DNA of 64,000 bases, taken from contig CM060732.1 in NCBI GenBank assembly GCA_030704615.1, positions 15,562,001 to 15,626,000 of the forward strand, written 5' to 3'. A program made the position numbers and the translations under genes. A model generated the notes under the pieces. That model ran no database searches, was not told where the DNA came from, and saw only the letters and a program-made list of their open reading frames with translations. Positions 1 to 10,915 of the stretch are shown piece by piece. This stretch comes from Takakia lepidozioides (taxonomy: Eukaryota > Plantae > Bryophyta). Each line of letters opens with the position of its first letter. Within the stretch, counting starts at the first letter, position 1.

Positions 1-310
1 GAGGAAATGCATGCTTAGCCCGGCTTAGCTAGCTCAGGAATCCGATTGCAAAAACTTGTATTGTACAAATTTTAAATGAAATGGTTTCCAAATGTTGTGC
101 GCCCTATTTTGTTTGGAATGGTGATGCATGGTATGGTTGGCTAGTGTGTAAAATGCATGCTAGCTTACAAAAGTGGGAGAGATAAAATGGATTAATCGTG
201 TGTTTGCATAGTGTCGAAATCGGGTGACTCCCATCCAAAGGGCAAGGAAACTTGCGCCTTCTTTGGGAGTTCACGTGCTAGTGCGCACCTGGTGCGTGCG
301 CGTACTATAA

Positions 311-2512
311 TTGCGCTACCGAGGGGGTTGCCTTGTAGTGCAGGCTAATGCGGAAGCTACGTGCTTCTGTTTAAATATGTCCATTGAGGAGATGGCGGAC
401 ATGCCTTCTTGCAATCTAGCGGAGACAGTGCACAATGCTTGGTTGCAGCAATCCGGCAAAAAAAGAAGAGATTTGTATGCGGCCACGACCAATGACCTTA
501 TCCGTGCTCTATAGCAGCAAACCATATACAGGTCATTCTTGAGGGGTGGCCTTGGTGGCAAAGGCCCGGACATGAGCGAGTTGATGTTGCGGGCAGCCAG
601 AAGATCGGGGGATCCCAGCAAAATAGCGCGGGCAGTGAGCATATGTGTAGATGGCACCCCTCTCGTGGGTAGAGTTCCCCATCTGGAAGGCAAAGAGAGG
701 GGTATTTGCAGGATTGGGTGTCTCAGTTTTTACGTAACACGGCAGTTTCTGCAGTGACTTCCATACATGGTTTTACCCATATTTGTTCAATAACTCAATA
801 TTTCATCTAAATTTATATGGTGTAGGTTTTCTAACTACAATAGGTATGTGTACCAATTGTTAGATTGCAAAAACAATCATGTACCAGAGAGCCATGGACT
901 TTTAAAGTTGATTACTGTGGACTGCAGATGTTACACATAAAATCTTATGGACTGAAAAAACATCATGTACACTCATACAATGACACAAAAGAAAACACAC
1001 TAGGGGTGCCATTTTTAAATCCAACCCAAATCTATTTTTATGTGGACTAATTATCTTAGGAATTGAGAGCTATGGACTATTTTGCACCTAAAAGCAGGTT
1101 GATTTGCTCTAGTCCATAGCATCTTATGTTTTGGGTTTTTGAGGTGTCTTCTTTTACTAAAAATGTATACAAACCTATAATCTAGAGGTGCTAGGTGGTA
1201 TATGGACAAATGGTTGTAAATTCTAGATTTTGATGTCTAAATGTTTTTTCAAATTATAGATTAAAATATCTAGTAAAGAATATTTTCAATCTTTGAGGAG
1301 GGACTCTTTACTAAAAATACTATATATACTAATATCTATTTTTTTTTAAAAATAAACTGAAAGCAATAGATTCAAAAATAAATAAAAATCAATGGACTTC
1401 CAATGGACTCAACATGTGCCGCTTTTGATCCACCCAATCCTGCAACTGCCCAGAGATTCGGGTCTTGCAAACGGAAATTGGACACCCCTCCCGGATCGGA
1501 TGCAGATTCCTATAAGGCGGACAGGGTCAACTTCTCCACGCCACGTGTTCCCTTGGATCAGAGATGGAATTTCGGAACATCCACAGGTGAGGGCCATTCA
1601 GCCCCAGACCGGACCCCTGCATCAAGCACTATCACTGCAATGGTTGAAGACCAGAACATGGTGCCGCATGTAATGAAGTCCATGTGCTTGGACGAGGTTT
1701 GGCATATAGAACGCACAAGTGTTGGATCGCGTGTGAAATGCGCGGCAATCAGGGCCACCAATCATGAAAAATGTACATCTTTAATATCCAGAGGCAAAGA
1801 ACGCACTGCAGCTCCTACATTCACTGGTTTGTTTCTCCCTTACGGACAAGGAGAGGCAAAGAACCACAAGTTCTGGTTCTGCGCTGACGATTGCGGGAGA
1901 TGTGTGCATGGGACAGTGAGGCCCTCTGTGGTGAGGAAGCCTACTCCATCAACCGTGTGGCCTGTGAAGATGGGCACAGGTCTCACCCACCAAGAGACCG
2001 CAATGCTAGAAGAGGCGGGTTTCTCCCTAGCAAGACATTCCATTGCACGTGGAGGTGCTTCAAGTTCAAGCGATTCACGGGTGCCTCCACCTGATGCTCA
2101 CTTGTGGCCAACCAGACGGAATGGAAAGCTGGTTCGACGATTCCCACCAACTGCAGAACACTACGGCAAAATCGAGTCCGCGAGAATGCTTCACGCTCAT
2201 GTTGCGGGAACAATGGAAGTGCCTAATCCAGGGTATGGTCGGGTCTTCACCATGATCTCATCCGCATCTGCGCAGCAGGACAGGACGTACGACATCACTG
2301 TTTCCAATTTTCCCAATTACACCTGTCCTGATTTTGTTGGTATGCTTTCAAGTAGTTTGGGAAAGAGAAGGAAGTTCATACCGTGCAAAAATCTTTACTT
2401 CGTCTTTTTGAGAAAGATGGTTTGTGATCCAAAGCGCGACTTCTTCATTCACCAAGCCACTATGAGTTTCAACGAAGTCAAAACACTTCTACAGCGGGAT
2501 ACAAGCCCATAG
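311..2512 (+). pseudogene. MULE/Mutator-like transposase-related protein with C-terminal SWIM zinc finger, disrupted (5' part probably lies upstream of the window)
   Basis: ORFs 311-514, 539-757 and 1403-2512 are in one frame, broken by TAG (512-514) and the 700-1451 insertion. Removing the insertion plus one target copy restores ...PHLEGKE-RFGSCKRKLD.... CNLAETVHNAW resembles the MULE NxxExxH catalytic-Glu motif; YTCPDF...CKNLY is a degenerate SWIM (CxC...CxH). Confidence 0.7.
700..1451. mobile_element. 752-bp non-autonomous TIR element (MITE) inserted in the SWIM transposase ORF
   Basis: 21-bp TIRs GGGTATTTGCAGGATTGGGTG (700-720) and CACCCAATCCTGCAACTGCCC (1431-1451), 2 mismatches; AGAG duplicated at 696-699 and 1452-1455; AT-rich interior with repeated (A/G)TGGACT heptamers. 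Confidence 0.85.
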
Positions 2513-2710
2513 ACAGCATGAACTTGACATGAAGAAATCTGAGTTTTCCTTGACTACAACTTGTAATGGAATGACTGTTCAAGTCCAGTGTCTCTCAATG
2601 TATGTCTTCTAACATCTTCGCAATACGTGGGTCAACGCATTTGTCGCATTGGTTCGTCCTCCTCTTTTCATTAGCAAACACAAGAAGCTACCTTCAGATA
2701 GACAAATGAT

Positions 2711-3000
2711 CAAATCAACCTCGTGTTAACACAAGGTTGACTTGAAGTTCTCCAAATCCACCTTGTGTCGACACAAGGTTGATTTTAGTTCTAAGAAAAC
2801 AAGATCGTGTCAACACAAGTTTGATTTGGAGATGTTCACATCAACCTCGTGTTAACACGAGGTTGATTTGAAGTTCTCCAAATCAACCTTGTGTTGACCC
2901 AAAGTTGATTTCTGTTCCAAGAAAACAACCTCGTGTTAACACCACGTTCATTTCGGTTCTAGGAAATGAAGCTCATGTTAACAGAAGGTTGAACTCCAGG
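2711..3000. repeat. Tandem array of seven 42-bp units, each a ~32-bp palindrome plus short linker
   Basis: Units start at 2711, 2753, 2795, 2837, 2879, 2921, 2963; consensus core AAATCAACCTCGTGTTAACACGAGGTTGATTT is self-complementary. Confidence 0.9.
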
Positions 3001-3089
3001 AAAGCCTGAAACCCTTCATCCGTTTCACCTTCATGTGGGTAAATCAGCAGTTGTAGCGTCCACGGTTATAGGCCCACCTTCTTTGTGGT

Positions 3090-3228
3090 GATGTGGCATG
3101 ACCTGTACCAGGCTCACGCCACGTCAGCATCAGCGCCACATCAGCTGCGTGAGCGTAGGCTCATGCCACGTCATCGTTGTGTGAGCCTACGCTCACACGC
3201 TCACGCGCCAGGCTCACGCAGTAGCGTC
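3090..3228. repeat. GC-rich probable 3' terminus/subterminal repeats of the SWIM-transposase element
   Basis: Clustered GCTCACGC/GTGAGC motifs in both orientations, ending ...GCAGTAGCGTC abruptly against CACTA coding sequence; the partner end is not in the window. Confidence 0.5.
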
Positions 3229-3229
3229 G

Positions 3230-3817
3230 TTGCATAGTGTTGAGGATATGGATGTAATTCATTTGTCTACTCCCCCCTCATTGAGATCAGCTTCATTTCG
3301 TGGCATGAAGGCATATGAAAATCATTATCGAGTGGATGACACGGAGAGTCGTCTTCTTGTCTCTTTTGATTCCGGAGTTGCATCCGTCCTCCAGCAACAA
3401 AGCATAAATAGTGTGCGTGATAGAAATCCAGTCATGTCACCATTAGAGTACGTTGGGGTCATCAAAGAGATCTTGAAATTGGATTATGGACGAGTGCACC
3501 CCATTGTATTTCATTGTGCTTGGGCGAGGGCCAACCTTGTTGGACAAAATGCTACAATGAAGCAGGATCCGTATGGTTTTCTACTTGCGAATTTTGGGAG
3601 GATGTTACCCGCCAATGATCAGCCATTCATCTTTCCATCTCAAGTTGAACATGTGTTCTTTTCGGATGAGTCCCCAAGTTCGGAGTGGAAGGTAGTCCTT
3701 CGGAAGGATCCAAGAGCAAAAAGGATTGTGGCGGACATAGATAAATGTGACATGCAGATTTCGATGGCCTTCAGGCACCGTCTACCTTATCAGATCAGCC
3801 AATACCTAGGTCATTAG
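3230..3817 (+). pseudogene. CACTA transposase C-terminal (DUF4216-like) fragment
   Basis: EYVGVIKEILKLDYG...DPYGFLL...DQPFIFPSQVEHVFF...WKVVL matches the YxGxIxEIxxLDY / D.YGF / EPFI.xSQxxQVFY / WxVV pattern of CACTA TnpD C-termini. Confidence 0.8.
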
Positions 3818-4192
3818 ATGGTGCCACGGCTCTAAATAAAGAAGACCTGGCTATGTTGGCTACCATTCAAGCGGCATTTGTGCAACCAACCGCTATTCCA
3901 GTTGAGCAAAGTGATTCAGAGGGTGACGAATATGTTTCAGATTCAGAATAAAGTTTATTGTTGGAACCATTTGTTCAATAGCATCATCCCACAAGGGTCT
4001 GACCACTTGTCTGTTTTTCAAAGTCTGTCACAGCTGCACAAACCACGTAAATTTTTTCATGTATCACCCAAAAAGTGGTACCGGTCTGTTGTGTAGGCAA
4101 CCACTCATGAGCAACCACTAGAATAGTGGTTCCAATTACTACAGTATCTTTCACCACCCACTCTCCACCACTGTCAAAGTGGTACAAATCAA

Positions 4193-4505
4193 TGAGGTGT
4201 CTTTAACCACTCAAGATCAACGTGCACTGTCCCCGTCCACGTGGAATATTATATTTATTAATTAAAATATATTTTCAAATCATAAATCACAAATAAAATT
4301 TGAATTATTACACGTGGAGTAGCAAGTGGTTTCAACCACTTCCCATCACTGAGGTGTCTAAAACCACTCACAATGTACCACTGCACTCGTCCACGTGGAT
4401 TATTATATTTATTAATTAAAAATATATTACCAAATAAATAATAATAAATAAAAACAAATTATTACACGTGGACTACTGAGTGGTTGAAACCACTTCCAAC
4501 CACTA
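4193..4505. repeat. ~157-bp tandem duplication in the CACTA subterminal region
   Basis: Two copies of GAGGTGTCT..AACCACTCA...GTCCACGTGGA.TATTATATTTATTAATTAAAATATATT...TTATTACACGTGGA...AGTGGTT..AACCACTTCC. Confidence 0.85.
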
Positions 4506-4869
4506 TCTGTGATGCCACCGTGGCATTTCATTGGGATTAACCACTGGCAAATGGTTACTAGTGGTTTATAGAGTGGAAAAAGATAGTAGTGGTTAAAGGG
4601 TCAGTGGTTATTCTGCGTTTTTCCTCTAGTGCTGGGAAGCAGACCAACTGTCTTGGGAGTATGGGAGGAGAGGAAGTGGGAGGAGCGGATGAGAGGAGCT
4701 TGATCTGCTTCCCAGATTTGGCAGTGGGTGTACGTGGTAATTTGGACAAGTGGCAAAGAAAGAAGCAACATTTAATATGTCCGTACCCGGGAATGACTTG
4801 CAGCATTTACTTCGTGGTCGGCTCTATAAAAGCGTGTCTCGGGAGAACTCCTACGAGCTGCAAGTGGCG

Positions 4870-6625
4870 GCCGGAATCCATCCCCCGAATGGTAATATTA
4901 CGTCGAATTTCCATCCGACGGGGGTTGGATGAAGTCATCTCGTGGGGAGAGGGCTCCACGTGGCTGCCAGAATCCATCCCCCGGATGGAAATATGGCGCC
5001 AATTTCCATCCGAGAGGGGTTGGATGAAGTCGTCTCGGGGGCAGAGGCCTGCACGTGGATGCCAGAATCCATCCCCCGGATGGAAATATGACGCCTAATT
5101 TCCATCCGGGGGGGTTGGATGAAGTCCTCTCGGGGGCAGAGGCCTCCACGTGGCTGCCAAAAATCATCCCCCGGATGGGAATATGGTACCGAATTTCCAT
5201 CCGAGGCCTCCACGTGCCTGGCAGAAATCATCCCCCGGATGGAAAGATGGTGCCGAATTTCCATCCCGGGCATCCACGTGGCTGCCAGAAATCATCCCCG
5301 GAAAGAAATATGGCGCCGACTTTCCATCCGAGGCCTAAACGTGGCTGCCAGAAATCATCCCCCGGATGGAAATATGGCACCATATTTCCATCCGAGGCCT
5401 CCAAGTGCTTGCCAGAAATCATCCCCGGATGGAAACATGGCGCCGAATTTGCATCCGAGGCCAGCACGCGGCTGCCAGAAATCATGCCACGGATGGAAAT
5501 ATGGCGCCATATTTCCACCCGAGGCTGGCACGCGGCTGCCAGAAATCATGCCATGGATGGAAATATGGCGCCATATTTCCACCCGAGGCTGGAACGTGTC
5601 TGCCAGAAATCATGCCCTGCATGGAAATATGGGGCCGAATTTCCACCCGAGGCTGGAACGTGGCTGCCAGAAATCATGCCCCGGATGGAAATATGGCGCC
5701 GAATTTTCATCCGAGGCCTGCACGTGGCTGCTAGAAATCATGCCCCAGATGGAAATATGGCGTGAATTTCCATCCGAGGCCTGCACGTGGCTGCCAGAAA
5801 TTATGCCCCGGATGTAAATATGGCGCCATATTTCCACCCGAGGCTGGAAGGTGGGTGCCAGAAATCGTGCCCCGGATGGAAATATGGCGCCAAATTTCCA
5901 CCCGAGGCCTGCACGTGGCTACCAGAATTCGTGCCCCGGATGGAAATATGGCGCCATATTTCCACCCGAGGCTAGAATGTGGGTGCCAGAAATCGTGCCC
6001 CGGATGGAAATATGGCGCCGAATTTCCACCCGGGGCTGGAACGTGGCTGCCAGAAATCATGCCCCGGATGGAAATATGGCGCCGACTTTCCATCCGAGGC
6101 CTAAACGTGGCTGCCAGAAATCATCCCCCGGATGGAAATATGGCGCCATATTTCCATCCGAGGCCTCCACGTGCCTGCCAGAAATCATCCCCCGAATGGA
6201 AACATGCCGCCGAATTTGCATCCGAGGCCTGCACACGGCTGCCAGAAATCATGCCCCGGATGGAAATATGACGCCATATTTCCATCCGAGGCCAGCACGC
6301 GGCTGCCAGAAATCATGCCACGGATGGAAATATGGCGCCAAGTTCCCATCCGAGGGGGGTCGGATTGTGCCACTCTGGACATTTTTACCCTTTACTCCCA
6401 TTTTTCGTGGTTTTGTTGTCTACTTCGCCCAAAAAACATACAATTTCCTTCCTCCGGTCCCTTTTGTTCCCTTTATCAGTGCAAATTTCATTCCATGGAT
6501 GGAAATTTGGCGCCGAATTTCCATCCTAGGGGTCCACGTCAGTGCCAGAGTTTATCCTCCGGATGGAAATTTGGCGCCGTATTTCCATTCGAAGGGCAAT
6601 GGATGAAGTCCTTGGGGGCGGAGAT
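4870..6625. repeat. Satellite/minisatellite: three ~95-bp units, then ~19 64-bp units, a 130-bp gap and two more diverged units
   Basis: 64-bp consensus CCCCGGATGGAAATATGGCGCC(G/A)(A/T)ATTTCCATCCGAGGCCTGCACGTGGCTGCCAGAAATCATG; the many overlapping ORFs here are repeat translations. Confidence 0.95.
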
Positions 6626-6639
6626 GGGTGCATATGGTT

Positions 6640-7426
6640 TGGGGACAATTTAGGCTGCGTGGCAAAATACTTCACCGTGACATTGTCCGTGAATACCTTC
6701 ACCGGGTTGGAACCAACATAGTGGTGCCAAAGCTCAAGGCAATGCACCACCGCCTTCATCTCTTTCTCGTGCGTTGGCCACTGTCGCTCCACTTCATTCA
6801 GTTTCTTACTTTTGTAAGCCACTGGACGTCCATCTTGCATAAGTACACCCCCTATCGCGAAGTCCGAGGCATCTGTATGAATCTCAAACGGATGGTCGAA
6901 CTCCGGGATTTTCAAGACTGGAGCTTCCGCCATCCGCTGCTTCAACTCAGCAAAAGCTTGGCCACAAAAGGTGTTCCCTACCCATACCTTGGATTTACAC
7001 AGAAGTCTGACAGCGGCCCCGCGATCTTGGCGAAATTTCTCACATACTTTCGGTAATAGGAGGCGAGTCCTATGAAGGATCGCACTCCGGGGACCGAAGT
7101 CGGAGGCTCCCAGTCCAAGATCGCTCTCACCTTTCTGTCATCCATTTTGATCCCATCCTGTGTAATCACATGCCCTAGGAACTCCACTTTTGTGACCCCG
7201 AATTCGCACTTTGAAGCGTTGGCATACAACTTCCCTTCCCGCAATTTCTGGAACACCCTTTTGAGGTGCTCCAGGTGCTCTTTCTTTGTTTTCGAATACA
7301 CCAGTATGTCGTCGATGTATACGATCACAAAGTCATCCAACCACTCCTGGAAAAGGTTGTTGATCAGCGTGCTAAAGGTTGCGGGTGCGTTGGTGAGCCC
7401 AAAAGGCATCACCAAGAACTCATATG
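6640..7426 (-). mobile_element. Ty3/Gypsy pol internal fragment (RT C-half + RNase H), no LTRs
   Basis: YEFLVMPFGLTNAPATF...VYIDDILVYS (RT) and FEIHTDASDFAIGGVL...KVFTDN (RNase H); same family as 56810-58358. Confidence 0.95.
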
Positions 7427-8760
7427 GTTCTGGTGGGCTTCCAGAGAACCCCCCTGCAATAGACGGCCCTTGATCCACTCCCCAGGAGGGAGGTGTTCCC
7501 ATGGTGGAAGCTGTCAGGTCACCTACCAGCAACCCCGAAGTTTTATTCCAGTTGATTTTGAAACCCGAGGCTGCACAAAAGGTGTTTAAGGTATGCCTTG
7601 CCTAGTCCAGATTTTTCGGGGTGGCTTGCAGCATCAAAAAAGTATCATCAACGAACATAGAGTCAACCAAGTAAGTGTATTGCTTGGTAATGTAGTTAGA
7701 GACTTTGAGGCCTTTTTATAATATGGTTTTGTTGCAGCATATAGCCCAGTGTGTCTGCTACCACCAGAAACAGAAAGGGTGAGAGGGGGCAACCTTGCCG
7801 TACAGACCGCTGAAGGGGAAATGAGGCTGATAAGTGACCATTCACCGAGACCCTACTGGATGAGGAGGTGAGCAAAATGACAACCCATTTGCAGAAAGAT
7901 TGGGGAAAGCCCAATTTTGCTAAGGCTGCAAGCAGGTATGACCATTCTACACGATCGAAAGCCTTTTCGAAATCCAGTAGGAGGAGAGCTATGGCTTGGA
8001 GGCATAATCTAGAATTTCCTGGGCCAACATGAGATTATCAAGTATATACCTACCTTTGATAAATCCTATTTGGTTTGGCCTTATAAGTGATGGAAGTAGG
8101 GGTTGCAATCTAAGTGTTGCCAGTACCCTAGCCACAATTTTGTAAGCAACGTTTAGAAGAGTTATTGGACGGTAATTGGATATGTTCGTCCTGTCACCGA
8201 TCTCAGCCCACAAAGCTTTGTAAAATTCAACAGATATTCCATCCATTCCAGGTGATTTGTTGTTCTGTAATTTGGACAAGGCCTCTCCTAGCTCAATGTC
8301 CGAGAAGTCTCCTTCTAATTGAGATGCATACTGTTGGGACGGCAGGGTAGGAGTGTGTGTCAAACATGCTGTTTGCTCCTCGGATGGTTCCAGGGTGTTG
8401 ATGTCACTGTGAAAAAGGTTATGAAAGTGTCTGCCAGCAAATTCTGCCATAGTTTTAGGTGTTGAAGCTGAAAGGCCAAAGGGTTGGTCTATAAGTTCCG
8501 ATATTGTCTGGGAGGCAACCTTGTCTTATAGAAGAAGTATTTATTCATTTTTTCTCCTTTTGTAGACCAGTTGACACCCGCCTGCAATTTCCATTTCCCC
8601 GCTTGAATCTTATGGTGGATATCCAAATTGTTCCCGGCTTGAACATAAGTACAGTAGGTATCTTCATCAGAGCGGTTGGATTCTAGTTTTGACTGGCAGA
8701 TTTTGAGGCACTTGTTTAATGCCACTACCTTTTTCTTTCTAATTTTTGCTAGCTCCTAGT
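7427..8760 (-). mobile_element. L1-like LINE ORF2 (RT) remnant
   Basis: KSPGMDG, NYRPITLLNVAYKI, QIGFIKGRYI, LDFEKAFDRVEW, VRQGCPLSPFLF and MFVDDT motifs with stops and frameshifts. Confidence 0.9.
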
Positions 8761-10915
8761 TCATCCTTTGGCTTTCAATGTTGACAGCCTTCAGTTTGGC
8801 TATGAACTATTCCTGGATGCCTCTGAATTTTGTGTGGTAATGAGGCAGGGTGCAGCGGGGACAAGGACCTGACAGTACTACATTTAAAGGGTCCCTATTA
8901 CCATGTTTCTCTTATAAATGAAAACAACTACAGTCTGTTGGCATGGTGGAGGTTGTGGTCTGGTTGTAGGTCGATAGTGGTACAGCGATGCAGGTTCAGC
9001 GTTCCATTCCTTGAACACGGTTGTGCATTGGTTGGCGCTGGTTATAACTACTTTCATGCCAGTTGTTCAGTTTGGTTTTGCAACTACCTTCATGTAGAAA
9101 ATCCCAACCCTCCAATTCTAAGTCCTCCACGCATGAAGGTAGTTTGCTCCTATGTGAATGAGACGGTGGGGCGGTGGGCCCCATCACCTGGGGACCTGAC
9201 CAGCCTGGTACAACGAGGCCACACAAAATTCAAAATATACTTAAAAACCAATTTCTGAATTTTTCTCACTGTCCCTCTGAACAAGAACTTATAAGCACTA
9301 TGTATGCACAAACCATTCCTTAGAAATTGTGTCAAACCCAAATAAAATACAGTAATATACTACATTGAAAGCGGAAAAGTGTAGTTACAAACAAGTATAT
9401 TAGTGTATTAAAAGGCTAGTTCCTCCTTGAAATAAAGAGAATCTTGCATTAAAAAATACAAGTTGTTAGTAGATGCACAGTGAGGAGGGAAAACAGAAGA
9501 TGGTCAAGGGTTCTTCTTGGAAGGGAGGGTTTTGATGGGTTGACAAAGGCACAGTTGAAGGCGTATGAGTGGCTGCGCTTGTGGATATATGCAGGATATG
9601 AGGAGGGCAGCAGACACTGACAAGCCCAAGACTGGGTCCTTTCGATCGACTCATTCAACCCTCGCCACCGCTTTGGTTGCCATAAACGCAGCCGCCATAA
9701 TCTTCAAGAGCCCGCCTGGATTCGCTTCGGAATAGAAAATTACACGGTGATACGTGATGCCTGTGGCAGCGGGTGGATGGTTGGGCAGGGTGGGTGTGTG
9801 GACCAATGCTTCGTCACGAGGGATAAGTTCGTCGGTGACAATCGATGAGGTAGCGATTGTGCATGTAGTCAAGGAATTTGCGATGCTGGACTATCTTTAG
9901 TGTTGATCGCATAATTTTCAGATGCTTCTCAGATGTCATCGATCGATATGTATATTGACTTTAGGATGCTGAAAGCAGTTAAAAGTCAGTGCGATAGTTT
10001 TAGTTCTGGTGTGCAGTATCTCCACGAGTCGCCATAGTCAACTATGACAACGGTAGTTGACTCTTCTCTTCTCTCTGGCTGCCATAACTGTGGGTCTCAT
10101 CTACACCGGTTTTCAATGGCTGTCAACCCGATCAGCAGATGTGGGGAATGGGCCATGTAGACAGTCTGTTTGTAGTATGAACAGGCGCTGGAGCTGGTCG
10201 GTGGGCCACTGTCGTGCCTTGAAATGTGTACATGTGTGAGTGCTCAAATAGTCAAATCTTCGTCTGTAAGCAATGAGGCTCAGGGCAACGTTCTTTCTGA
10301 TTGTCTTACACCACATGTATCAATGGCTGATGCGGGTCTTCATGCCGGTTTCTTCATTCACCGTGGCTTCCTGAGATCGATCTTGGGTGACCCACTTGAA
10401 ACTGCAATTTGATCTTACTTGTGCTCATCGAGAATGGAATTGAAGCTTCTTGTCTCTCCACAGTCCAGGATATAAGATGAAGTAATTGAGCTAGAGCTCC
10501 CTCTGAAGAAGTCGATCAGATGAACGATGCACATGTATATGCGTAGACGTCACATAGAAAAGTTCCAGATCTGTATCAAAACTTGATTTGAAAAATCGTT
10601 GCACAAAGGATATCAGTGTACATAACAATGAAACTAGGCCTGAGGAAATTTCTAGTTGACAGCTGGGCCAATCCATCTTGCTGCACTGGAAATCTGTAAT
10701 TGATTTGAGGGACTCGAGTCTAACACTCTCCAATGTCTGATTATTGAATATGTACACAAAAGTAAGGTGCGAGTCTGGCGGGGTCTGACAAAGAGCAAAA
10801 CTTTGCAATCTCTACATTGATGTCTGCAGTGGTGCCTACAATTTTCTAACTTTCTACATCGATTACTTACGATTCAATTCTAGAAGGAAGAAGAGATAGA
10901 ACAGACGGCATCACT

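Larger units (their letters stand above)
3229..4631 (+). mobile_element. CACTA (En/Spm) element, 3' remnant
   Basis: 3' end ...GCGTTTTTCCTCTAGTG (reverse complement CACTAGAGGAAAAACGC) at 4631; many AACCACT/AGTGGTT subterminal motifs; transposase C-terminal fragment at 3230-3817. Confidence 0.85.

Noticed and set aside
702-1455. MITE acting as a spliceable (introner-like) intron using GT at 702 and AG at 1452 or 1454
   Set aside because: Intron lengths of 752 or 754 would shift the frame, and an upstream stop already breaks the ORF.
2711-3000. CRISPR-like array of palindromic repeats
   Set aside because: Linkers are only 8-10 bp and recur rather than being unique spacers; eukaryotic TE context; no cas genes.
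4589-6653. Many long overlapping ORFs, and CRISPR-like appearance of the 64-bp array
   Set aside because: ORFs on both strands are artefacts of a stop-poor tandem repeat; linkers are homologous to each other.
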